The notes beneath the pieces were generated by a model. It did not search any database. It had not been told where the DNA came from and saw only the letters and a list, made by a program, of their open reading frames with translations. Positions 46,307-54,783 of a DNA stretch of 64,000 bases are shown piece after piece; the stretch's first letter is position 1; each line of letters begins with the position of its first letter. Source of the DNA: Candidatus Bilamarchaeaceae archaeon (lineage in GTDB: Archaea > Micrarchaeota > Micrarchaeia > Anstonellales > Bilamarchaeaceae); the NCBI GenBank assembly GCA_038851325.1, contig JAWCKZ010000001.1:111410-175409 (forward strand), written 5' to 3'. Both the position numbers and the translations under genes were made by a program.

Positions 46307-46686
46307 TTGGTCCTGAGGGGAAGGAGACGGATAGGAAAGACAACGCTTGTGCTGAAAGCGATTCCGGATGCATTCTATTTTTTTGTCTGGCCAAACAAAT
46401 CCTTGGAGTGGATACTCGAGGAAACCTGCAGGCTATACAACCTGCCAAAATTCATCCGTTTTGGGGATATTGTGAATCATGTGCTCGACCAGGGCAGCGT
46501 AATTTTTTTGATGAATTCCAGAATTTTTTATCAGTTGAAAAATCAGTCTATGGCGAACTTCAGCGTTTATTGGATGAACGCAAACACCGTGGAAAGCCGG
46601 TAAGCTGCTTTGACCTGAACGACCTGGAAAAAATGCTGAGAGAAGGACGCCGAAAGCAGAGGATTACTTCTGGGAAACAAATTTAA
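46307..46686 (+). pseudogene. degraded fragment of an archaeal AAA-type ATPase (Arch_ATPase/DUF234 family) N-terminus
   Basis: LRGRRRIGKTTLVLK is the Walker-A region of PF01637-type archaeal ATPases. Only about 100 aa remain in frame. A second overlapping frame (46408-46686) carries the continuation, so frameshifts are implied. Confidence 0.4.
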
Positions 46687-46761
46687 AATGAATACTTTCG
46701 CTAGATTTGGATTGATACGAAATTGATACAAAAATCAGAAAAAAGAAAAGAAATGAAAATG

Positions 46762-47139
46762 TTACGAAAAACTACACGGATCACTAATAGATGGCGGGGT
46801 CTTGCCCATCAATAATGCGATAACATAGGGCGCAATAAGATATATAACAATACCTATGACTGCCCCCGTGAGCATTGATGTCGCCCAGACTGCTGCCCTT
46901 GCTCTTGTTTCCGCACCCATCATTTGCCCAATTGCATAAGTTACACCAGCAAGAACAACAAGCAACACTGCTGCTATCCCAAGGAATGATTGTACAAGTC
47001 TGCATAGACCTTGCATCGCGGAAATTATCGCTCCGCCAGCATCAGCATTGACAACTCCAATTAGATTAATTAACAATACAGCTATAATAAGGTATCTCCC
47101 AAACTTATTTATCGAATTCATTATTTCAACTGCGCTCAT
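46762..47139 (-). CDS. small secreted helical-hairpin membrane protein, candidate VirB2/TrbC/CedA1-like pilin
   Basis: 125 aa. Long signal peptide (MSAVEIMNSINKFGRYLIIAVLLINLIGVVNA|DAGG) then two hydrophobic helices separated by the short polar loop GQMMGAETRARAA, the architecture of conjugative pilins. Confidence 0.4.
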   Translation of the reverse strand: MSAVEIMNSINKFGRYLIIAVLLINLIGVVNADAGGAIISAMQGLCRLVQSFLGIAAVLLVVLAGVTYAIGQMMGAETRARAAVWATSMLTGAVIGIVIYLIAPYVIALLMGKTPPSISDPCSFS

Positions 47140-47299
47140 TTTGTCACCTTTCTCAAAAGTGAGCAGTGAACGAGGTTGAGGACGAAGTTCTCAACTGTCC
47201 AGAAACTCCGTTTCTGTACAAGTTCACTCAATCACTTTTTGTTGTTGGTATCTATGTGTTTGTTAATATTTATAAAGTTTAGCCAACGTCTCATCCTCC

Positions 47300-48736
47300 A
47301 TGAAAAAGGCTCATCTCATCCTTATTTTGCTGATTTTATACCTCTTGCCACGGCTATTTTTGGCAACAGAAATACCAATCAGAAAGGATGAAGGAGTCTA
47401 TGCAATAATGATTGAAGAGCAGATCGAACACCTTACACTGGTACCAACCTTTTTTGGTTATGAAGTAGGGTGGAAGCCGCCGCTTTATTTTTGGCTTTCG
47501 ATACCATTCGTGATTCTGACAAAGATGATTCCTTTTTTGCCCTTGGAGCTGGTATACCGCTCTTCAAGTCTATTTTTTGGCTTAGCTGCGATGGTTCCTC
47601 TCTATTACATATTCAGGAAATTTGAGGATGAGGAATTCGCGCTTCTAGCAGTCGGCCTCTACGCTCTGCTGCCCATTTCTGCATATCCAGAATCCCTGGT
47701 TTTACTGGATGCAACATGCCTCCTATTTGTTCTTTTAGCTATCTGGGCATATCTCGAATATAAAAAAGGAAATGAATATTTCTTGTTGGCTGGCATCTTT
47801 GTTTTTATGGCTTTTTTTACCAAACTGGTCTTGGCATTTGTGCCGCCCATTGTATTCTTTGCATATTTGTGGCAAAACGACAGGAAAACGCTGCTAAACA
47901 AATGGTTCCTCCTCTCTCTTTTGGCTCCATTAACGGCATTTATTTTAAACCACTTAACTTATTCTAATGAAGGCCAAGCAGAAGCATTATATCTTGATTT
48001 GGTCTCGGGGAAACTGTTGGGTGGGCTGGATTATGGTTTGTTTCTTTCGACGTTGCTTCCACTCTTCTTTCTTACTGGCCCCTTTCTTATATTAGCATGC
48101 CAAGGGCTCTTAAAGCATTTAAAGGGAAATCTATTTTTCACAATTTGGTTTGCCCTCGTGATATTCCCGCTTCTTGGCGGCAGATGGATGCCATGGTATT
48201 TCCTTCCCATCACTCCACCAATAATATATTTTTCACTTTTGGTTGTTTTGGAAGACAGAAAAAAAGTGTTTGCAGACAGATTTGCTATCACCATGTTAAC
48301 ATTATTTGTTATTGCGTCGTGGTTGTTCTTTGTCCCTATTTTCCTTTCAGACATGTATTATCTGCCAGCAAAGCATGCAGGCAAATTTCTTGCAGGTAAA
48401 GAGAATGTCCTGATAATTGGCAACTATTCGTCTGGTGTTTTTGCATACAAAATGCTTGAGGAAAAACGCCAACTTGGCTATTCGCTAGATTATGGGCTAG
48501 TTGTTTTCTATCCAGAACACTTTGATCTGCTACCAGATTTAATTGAGAATTATAATTACCACGACCCGAGAATAATCGATGGAAATTTTGAAAAAATGTT
48601 TTTCGATGTTATGGTATATAGAAAAAATACAAATATAAGCAAATTTGATTATATAGCAATTATAGGGGAAAGCACTTGTATGCCCGGCGGACGCACGTTC
48701 AATGATTCTTATATTAACATCTACAGGAAGAATTGA
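47300..48736 (+). CDS. GT-C fold glycosyltransferase (ArnT/PMT-like, GT39/GT83-like)
   Basis: About 11 TM. First extracytoplasmic loop carries RKDEGVY (DE motif of PMT/ArnT family). C-terminal soluble domain. Confidence 0.55.
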   Translation: MKKAHLILILLILYLLPRLFLATEIPIRKDEGVYAIMIEEQIEHLTLVPTFFGYEVGWKPPLYFWLSIPFVILTKMIPFLPLELVYRSSSLFFGLAAMVPLYYIFRKFEDEEFALLAVGLYALLPISAYPESLVLLDATCLLFVLLAIWAYLEYKKGNEYFLLAGIFVFMAFFTKLVLAFVPPIVFFAYLWQNDRKTLLNKWFLLSLLAPLTAFILNHLTYSNEGQAEALYLDLVSGKLLGGLDYGLFLSTLLPLFFLTGPFLILACQGLLKHLKGNLFFTIWFALVIFPLLGGRWMPWYFLPITPPIIYFSLLVVLEDRKKVFADRFAITMLTLFVIASWLFFVPIFLSDMYYLPAKHAGKFLAGKENVLIIGNYSSGVFAYKMLEEKRQLGYSLDYGLVVFYPEHFDLLPDLIENYNYHDPRIIDGNFEKMFFDVMVYRKNTNISKFDYIAIIGESTCMPGGRTFNDSYINIYRKN

Positions 48737-48737
48737 G

Positions 48738-50372
48738 CTAATTGGATTTTAATTTGTAAACGTATACTACTGGCGGCTCTTCTGGTTCTGTGGCCATGAG
48801 TAACTCCAGACCGCAGCCACTTAATTTATTAACATCGGTCAGCTGGCTTTTATATGTCGTTGCATAGATTAAAGCGGTTGTATTAGACGCCCTTAGCTCA
48901 TCAGCATTAATCTTGCATTCATTCTTATCATCTGTTTCCAAAGCATGGAACAATAAAACTACTGCATCAGTTTCCTTTCCCTTTGAAAGTTGAACTGGCA
49001 GGATGTTATCGATAAATGTTACATTCACGCCTTTAACAAATGCATAATCAGTATATGTCCACAATGGAAATTCGTAGTATGTAATGTTGCTAGGTAACTT
49101 ATAAAATACTGCGCTGCCAACCTTTGTAATGTGGTTGCTATTCAGAATAGTGGTTATATCCTCAAATTCTGCATGACCAACATCAGCAATGTGTAGAAGC
49201 ACATATCCATAAGCAAGACTACCGACTTCCATAAGCATTAATAAAACGAGTAAATTTTTCAGTTGATCAGGTTTCATCTTCCCTGCGATTGGTACTAACA
49301 ATGTTGTCAACGCAACAGAGATATACGCCGCAGAGCACACTTCGCCTTGGAGGAGAACAAAGTAATCTGCGACGTAGTACAAATCCATAGATGCCGCTAA
49401 AAGGGAGAATACGAATAAAACGCCGGGGATAAGGTAGATGGCGGTTGCTATTTTTTCATTGAGTTGTAATTTGACGGTTTTCCATAAGTATATTACCACT
49501 AAGACCCCTACAAGATATATAGGTATCTGCGCTGCAAAAAATGTCTGCGCTGAAAATGAACAGCCTAGGTAGTGAGGAGAAACAAAAAGACTTTCTCCCA
49601 AACGGTAGTAGAAAGGGAATGCAAGTAGACCACCGATAATGATCGGTACCATAAAAACCGCATTTTCCCTAGAATTTTCCAACAAATAGACGAAGTAAAT
49701 AAGTATAAACAGGAAGCTCACATGACTGTGCGACAGGAATAAAAGAAAGGAAAACACAACAACTTTTAAAATGTCTATCGGGTTTCTTTTGGGTATAAAA
49801 GTAAACATGCAAAGGGCAATAAACATTGCAAGAAATTGCCTAGAACGCGATACAAACGGGAAAAAATACGCCATCGGCGCATTTATGAGAAGAAAAGAGA
49901 TCATAATAAACTTCGCTTTCGGATCCATATTTTTGAAATAATGAGCTGACAGAACGTATATAACTGCAATCCCAATTGCTACATTTAACAGCAGGGTGCT
50001 TACTATGGGATTCTCAATAAAAGCGTCTATAAGCGAACCGAGAAAAGCAAAAAGAGGTGGAAAAGCTCCAAAAAGATAAGCTTTGCCACTAGAGAGAGTG
50101 GGTATCCGTTCGAAAAAACCATATGTTCCCAACGCCTTTATGCTTGCGGCAGTATTCATAAGATCTGAAAAATTGGCAAAAACGCTTTCTATTCCATTCG
50201 GAGTAACTAAGACGTAAAGCACAAACAGGACATACGCAACAAATGAAAGCAAAAATAAATAGGAAATGCCTTGGCTAGCATGGTAAAGCAATCGATCTTT
50301 TATTTCTTTGCTGAATTTGAACATTGAAACCCTCTGTTTTTTTTCCTGAACCGCATCAGTTTGAAAAGACAA
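48738..50372 (-). CDS. polytopic membrane protein with C-terminal extracytoplasmic domain, hypothetical (possibly GT-C-like or polymerase-like)
   Basis: 544 aa, more than 10 hydrophobic helices in the first 400 aa, hydrophilic C-terminus with N-glycosylation sequons. Start probably downstream of 50372 because of overlap with the methyltransferase gene. Confidence 0.4.
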   Translation of the reverse strand: MSFQTDAVQEKKQRVSMFKFSKEIKDRLLYHASQGISYLFLLSFVAYVLFVLYVLVTPNGIESVFANFSDLMNTAASIKALGTYGFFERIPTLSSGKAYLFGAFPPLFAFLGSLIDAFIENPIVSTLLLNVAIGIAVIYVLSAHYFKNMDPKAKFIMISFLLINAPMAYFFPFVSRSRQFLAMFIALCMFTFIPKRNPIDILKVVVFSFLLFLSHSHVSFLFILIYFVYLLENSRENAVFMVPIIIGGLLAFPFYYRLGESLFVSPHYLGCSFSAQTFFAAQIPIYLVGVLVVIYLWKTVKLQLNEKIATAIYLIPGVLFVFSLLAASMDLYYVADYFVLLQGEVCSAAYISVALTTLLVPIAGKMKPDQLKNLLVLLMLMEVGSLAYGYVLLHIADVGHAEFEDITTILNSNHITKVGSAVFYKLPSNITYYEFPLWTYTDYAFVKGVNVTFIDNILPVQLSKGKETDAVVLLFHALETDDKNECKINADELRASNTTALIYATTYKSQLTDVNKLSGCGLELLMATEPEEPPVVYVYKLKSN

Positions 50373-50929
50373 ATGTATTCTCCAACGGGCGGGATAAATA
50401 CTACCTTATCAGCTTTTGCCCCAATTATTCTTTCTATATCAGCTATTTTAAATGAATTAATATGATCTGGTATTTTTATAGGGAATTTTAGCATGAGCAG
50501 TCGCCCAAGACACATGATTTGCTCGTTGGGAACGGTTATTATTGCCACCCCCCCATTTTTAGTAACCCGAAAAATTTCTGAGATTACGAGGTCTGGGTTT
50601 CTGATGTGTTCCAAAACCTCACTGCACACCACGACATCAAAGAACTGGTCTCTAAAAGGAAGTTTTCGTGCATCTGCTATTATAATCGTTGCTTTATCTC
50701 CCAATCTTTCCTTTGCAGTCTTTACGCGTTTTGGGGATACGTCGACCCCAAAAAGTTTACCTCTTAATTTATCTAATAGAAAACCGTCGCCGCAACCAAC
50801 ATCTAGTATCTTCTTCCCTGCGGTATCGCCCAGCAACTTAACTATCATATCCAATCTTCGGTTATGAAAATACCGAATTATTGGGTTTTTAGACTTATAC
50901 ATCTCGTCTTGGCTGACTTCCTTCAACAT
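50300..50929 (-). CDS. class I SAM-dependent methyltransferase
   Basis: Motif I ILDVGCGDGFL, motif post-I and II (VVCSEVLEHI). Confidence 0.8.
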   Translation of the reverse strand: MLKEVSQDEMYKSKNPIIRYFHNRRLDMIVKLLGDTAGKKILDVGCGDGFLLDKLRGKLFGVDVSPKRVKTAKERLGDKATIIIADARKLPFRDQFFDVVVCSEVLEHIRNPDLVISEIFRVTKNGGVAIITVPNEQIMCLGRLLMLKFPIKIPDHINSFKIADIERIIGAKADKVVFIPPVGEYICLFKLMRFRKKNRGFQCSNSAKK

Positions 50930-50993
50930 TGGATCATCCTAGCTTGTTAAAAAACATTGTAAATTTAAAAAGAATCATCAGACATATGAACAT

Positions 50994-51428
50994 ATGGACC
51001 ACCATGAATTTATACGCGGCTTGACAATATTCTACCTTTTCTTCTCACTTTCGTTTCCGATCTATGTTTTTTGGTCCTCAGGAGAGGTAGGACTCCCTTT
51101 TTACACCCCAGACGTTCTCTTATTTATGCTGTTTTCATTTGCATACCTGTTTATGCCATCGTTTATCAGCAATGTTAAAGAACTTATTTGTTTTGTCGCG
51201 CTGATATTAAGCTATGAAGTGATGAGGGGGTACGCAAATAGGCTTTCTCCATCAGCAGTAAATTTTGAACTCCCTATAGGAATTGACAAATTTATCCTTG
51301 GAAAAACCGCACCGGAGATATTACAACAAATAATTTCGTATAATCCATTAACTACTATTTTCTTCTTATTTTTTTATTCGCTTCATTTTATTTATCCAGT
51401 GGCAGCAGTTATTTACTTAATGTCATAA
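50994..51428 (+). CDS. N-terminal membrane segment in frame with the downstream PAP2 ORF (separated by a single TAA)
   Basis: Same reading frame as 51471-51890. Only a TAA at 51426-51428 separates them. Hydrophobic helices throughout. Confidence 0.4.
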   Translation: MDHHEFIRGLTIFYLFFSLSFPIYVFWSSGEVGLPFYTPDVLLFMLFSFAYLFMPSFISNVKELICFVALILSYEVMRGYANRLSPSAVNFELPIGIDKFILGKTAPEILQQIISYNPLTTIFFLFFYSLHFIYPVAAVIYLMS

Positions 51429-51470
51429 GCAAGTTATGAAAGAATACACAAAAAATTTATAGCAGGCATT

Positions 51471-51890
51471 GTGCTTCTTAGCTATCTGGGATTAATTTTT
51501 TTCTACCTTTTTCCTGTCGCTCCACCTTGGCTGGCAGCAGAGAAGGGCCTTATTTCTGTTAATCGCTATACAGCCGTCTATCCACTTTATTTTACAGTTT
51601 ATTTGTTCATAAATGCGAATCCGGTTGCTGCAATGCCGTCGCTTCATTTTGCTTATCCGTTTCTGATATTCCTTTTTTCATGTGTCTGCAAGCCGTTGCG
51701 TAGATTTCTGCCGTTGACAATCTTTATAATGCTTGGAATAGGCACGGCTATAATGTGGCTTGGCGAGCATTACCTTACTGATATTATTGTTGGTGTAATA
51801 TTCGCATCTTTCTCATTTCTAATTGTCGACAGTATTTTTACGCAGCCTGAAAGCAAACATATCATAGAGCATGGAAAAGCTAGTAGTTAA
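51471..51890 (+). CDS. PAP2-superfamily membrane phosphatase (possibly the C-terminal part of a gene interrupted by an in-frame stop)
   Basis: PAP2 motifs: K-x6-R-Y (KGLISVNRY), PSLH (PSGH-like), and GEHYLTD (SR-x5-H-x3-D-like). GTG start. Confidence 0.55.
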   Translation: MLLSYLGLIFFYLFPVAPPWLAAEKGLISVNRYTAVYPLYFTVYLFINANPVAAMPSLHFAYPFLIFLFSCVCKPLRRFLPLTIFIMLGIGTAIMWLGEHYLTDIIVGVIFASFSFLIVDSIFTQPESKHIIEHGKASS

Positions 51891-52535
51891 TGGATTGATA
51901 CTACTCTGAGTTCCTTCCCACCACGTGATCGGGACCTCAACAATTTTCATGTTTTTTCGTTTGGCAACTATAAGCAACTCAGTATCCCAGAAAAACTGTT
52001 TTGCTTTGACCAGAGGGAGTAGCGGCAGCACTGTTGACCCCTTAAATGCCTTGGAGCCTACTTGATGGTCGTGCACGTTAGAATCTAAAAAAAGCCTAAC
52101 GAGGAGGTTATAGACAGAACTGAAGAATCTGCGTATAAATGAGCGGTGAATAGTAGAACCCATGACAAATCGCGATCCGATTGCGATATCGGCGCCGTTT
52201 TTTATTGCGTCAAGCAGCCGGTCTATGACATCTAAACCAAAGGAGAGGTCCGCATCCAGAAAGATGATGGTTTTTCCCTTGGATTGCAACATTGCATTAC
52301 TTATGCTCTTCCCTTTCCCCTGGCGGATTTTATTCGTTATTACCCGTGCGTAGGAAGGAAGAGAAAGGGAGGCGAGTATCCTGCCGGTGCCATCGGTGCT
52401 TGCGTCATTTACTATAAGCAGCTCGCAATCAAGCTTGTTTTTCTTTATGTAATCAGCCAGCCTGGCGATGGAAGCCTTGATGACCTGCTCCTCATTGTAA
52501 GCTGGAATGATTATCGTTATCTCAGGTTTGGGCAT
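51819..52535 (-). CDS. family-2 glycosyltransferase (dolichyl-phosphate mannose/glucose synthase-like)
   Basis: IIIPAYNEE, NDASTDGT, DAD motifs, about 240 aa. Start taken at the internal MPKPEIT because the upstream extension overlaps the neighbour. Confidence 0.8.
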   Translation of the reverse strand: MPKPEITIIIPAYNEEQVIKASIARLADYIKKNKLDCELLIVNDASTDGTGRILASLSLPSYARVITNKIRQGKGKSISNAMLQSKGKTIIFLDADLSFGLDVIDRLLDAIKNGADIAIGSRFVMGSTIHRSFIRRFFSSVYNLLVRLFLDSNVHDHQVGSKAFKGSTVLPLLPLVKAKQFFWDTELLIVAKRKNMKIVEVPITWWEGTQSSINPLTTSFSMLYDMFAFRLRKNTVDN

Positions 52536-52539
52536 TCGC

Positions 52540-53067
52540 TTATTTCCCTCGCCAGACGATTTCCTCGAAGCGCTTTTTCCTGTTGGCGTAGCGGGCAAGC
52601 ACGAAAAGTAAATCGCTCAGCCTGTTCAGGTATTTCAGGATTTCAGGATTTATCTTCGCAGTCCTTGCGGCTGCTACGACACGGCGTTCAACGCGCCTGC
52701 TGATCGTTCGCGCAAGATGGAGGAGAGCAGCAGTCTTGCTTCCGCCTGGAATGACGAAGTTGGCAAGATACGGCAGTTGCGGCTCAATCTTGTCTATTAT
52801 TTTTTCCAGTTTTTCTGTTTTTGCTGGCGTCAGCTTCTTTGTGCTGCCAATGGCAAGCTCTGCCCCGACAATGAAAAGATCCTTCTGCACATCTATGAGG
52901 ATTTCCCTGAGCTCGTTGTCGTCTGTAAAAGCGATAACGACGCCGATGGCAGCGTTCAGCTCGTCCACGCAGCCGTATGCTTCAACCTGCGGGTCGTCCT
53001 TGCGCACCTTTTTCCCACTAAGGGTAATCGTATCCCCCTTGTCGCCTATTTTCGTGTAAATCGGCAT
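52540..53067 (-). CDS. PduO-type ATP:cob(I)alamin adenosyltransferase
   Basis: MPIYTKIGDKGDT start and conserved ATR (MMAB/PduO) helical bundle motifs. The ORF extends upstream to 53214, but homologs begin at MPIYT. Confidence 0.75.
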   Translation of the reverse strand: MPIYTKIGDKGDTITLSGKKVRKDDPQVEAYGCVDELNAAIGVVIAFTDDNELREILIDVQKDLFIVGAELAIGSTKKLTPAKTEKLEKIIDKIEPQLPYLANFVIPGGSKTAALLHLARTISRRVERRVVAAARTAKINPEILKYLNRLSDLLFVLARYANRKKRFEEIVWRGK

Positions 53068-53071
53068 AGCA

Positions 53072-53740
53072 TCAACCCACTTTTTTCTTGACAAAATTAA
53101 TAGTCTGCTTGGCAGGTCTGATTGCCTTTTCTGCATCTTCGGCATCAAATGCTTCTGCAGGAATGCCACCAGGAAGTCCTGCCGGATAACGCGTGGGGAT
53201 ATAGTACTTGTCAAAAGAGGATATCTTCGACCTTAACTCTCCGAATTCCTTGTTCAGTTTTTCATCATCGTAGGCAAGCTCTGCTATCAAATGGCCCCAC
53301 ACTTCTTCGGCGCCATGTGCATAAAGGAATGATTTAAGGGCTTTTTCGGCTGCATCCTGTCCGGCTTGTTTCGGCCAGCGCTCGGCCTCTTTTTTTTGCT
53401 CAGGCTTCATACAGCACTGTCCCCCTCTCCAGCATTCTCCGTGTAAATAGCTGCTTGATTTCAGGTCTGCGATTTCTGCGGGTGTGTAAACAAAAAAATC
53501 CACGACAACTCTTGGCTTAACGCGCGCATAAAGCTCTTCGAGCCTTTCGGAGAATCTCTTTCCCGTATTTTTTATTATTGCGATGTCCATGTCGCTGCTC
53601 TTGCGCACTTGCTTCTCATTCAAAGAACCGAAAAGGATTATTTTCAGGGCGCCCAGCTTTTTTATTTCTGCAAGTATTCGCCTAAGCTCAGCCTTGAGTA
53701 GTTTTTCCCTCTTTTTGCCGAGGCCTGTTTTGAATTCCAT
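53072..53740 (-). CDS. nucleotidyltransferase (MNT) - HEPN fusion protein
   Basis: N-terminal Pol-beta NTase motif LFGSLNEKQVRKSSDMDIAII (GS-x9-13-D-x-D). C-terminal helical region with HEPN-like character. Confidence 0.55.
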   Translation of the reverse strand: MEFKTGLGKKREKLLKAELRRILAEIKKLGALKIILFGSLNEKQVRKSSDMDIAIIKNTGKRFSERLEELYARVKPRVVVDFFVYTPAEIADLKSSSYLHGECWRGGQCCMKPEQKKEAERWPKQAGQDAAEKALKSFLYAHGAEEVWGHLIAELAYDDEKLNKEFGELRSKISSFDKYYIPTRYPAGLPGGIPAEAFDAEDAEKAIRPAKQTINFVKKKVG

Positions 53741-53775
53741 AAAACCCTTTTGATTGCGACTGCTTTAACTCTTCG

Positions 53776-54012
53776 TTAGATCAGCTTCTTTCCTTTCTCC
53801 TCAAGATGTATGCAGTTAACAGGGCAGGACTGCGCCGCACTCATGCTGCAACCGGCATCCTTTGCTTCAAGAACGAACAGCTTTCCGTTTTTCTTCGCAT
53901 TTTTCAGGACGGATTTCCCGTCGCTGCCCATCTCCCAGTTTGCAGGACAGACCGCAACGCACGCGCCGCAACCAATACACGCATCTCTATCATGTATTAT
54001 CTTAACAGTCAT
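53776..54012 (-). CDS. 4Fe-4S ferredoxin
   Basis: CIGCGACVAVCP cluster motif plus distal CP. 78 aa. Confidence 0.8.
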   Translation of the reverse strand: MTVKIIHDRDACIGCGACVAVCPANWEMGSDGKSVLKNAKKNGKLFVLEAKDAGCSMSAAQSCPVNCIHLEEKGKKLI

Positions 54013-54065
54013 TCTCTCACCTACCTACTATCGATAGAAAAATTATTAAACACCTGCTGAGAGCG

Positions 54066-54491
54066 TTGACTGGTGATGTTGTGGTTGGTTTGGTAACCGA
54101 GGAAGCTGAAAAAGAACTATTGAATAAACTTCTTCATTACTATAAAAAACTTTATCCTGGCTTGACCTTTGACATAAAGGAAGAGACGCTTAGCCACAGA
54201 GAGATAGGTGAAATTTACTACACCTATCCAGGTGAAGAGGCAGAGGCCACTGCGAGGGAAAAGATGGTCATGATATCCGAAGCTATAACACACGGATATA
54301 ACACACCTATAATTTTACTCAAGAAAAACAACAAGAAGATTCTCCTTGACGGTCATAGAAGGATAAGGGTTGCCTATGCCCAAGGACTAGGCTGGAGGGC
54401 TTATGTCTTAGCTGTAAAAAAAGAAGAAATAGAGTTCGGAATAGAAAGCATGATAATGGGGAAAGTTGCTGACCTTTTCAGTCGAGAATAA
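54066..54491 (+). CDS. ParB/sulfiredoxin-fold domain protein
   Basis: ILLDGHRRIRVA matches the ParB-N/Srx DGHHR-type motif. 141 aa. Confidence 0.5.
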   Translation: MTGDVVVGLVTEEAEKELLNKLLHYYKKLYPGLTFDIKEETLSHREIGEIYYTYPGEEAEATAREKMVMISEAITHGYNTPIILLKKNNKKILLDGHRRIRVAYAQGLGWRAYVLAVKKEEIEFGIESMIMGKVADLFSRE

Positions 54492-54716
54492 TTAGTTACC
54501 GCTCTCTGTTATTTTCTCTCCAACAGCATATGTTCTTTTAACATCGGTTATTTTTATCTTACATCTTTCGCCTTTCTGAGCCCCTTTGATGAAGATAACA
54601 AAACTGTCTTTTTTTGCTATTCCATCGCCGCGGCCACCAACGCTCTCTATCACAACTTCAAGAATATCGCCAACAGCAACTGGCTTTGGCATCTCAAATT
54701 TCTTTTTCTCCTCCAC
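54492..54716 (-). CDS. TRAM-domain protein
   Basis: 74 aa, OB-fold TRAM-like pattern (VGDILEVVIESVGGRGDGIAK...VIFIKGAQKGERCKIKITDVK). Confidence 0.65.
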   Translation of the reverse strand: MEEKKKFEMPKPVAVGDILEVVIESVGGRGDGIAKKDSFVIFIKGAQKGERCKIKITDVKRTYAVGEKITESGN

Positions 54717-54783
54717 ACCATCACCTTGTGAACATATTTTCTTTCCATCACTGATTTAAAAAACTTCCCGCACCATTTTATTC

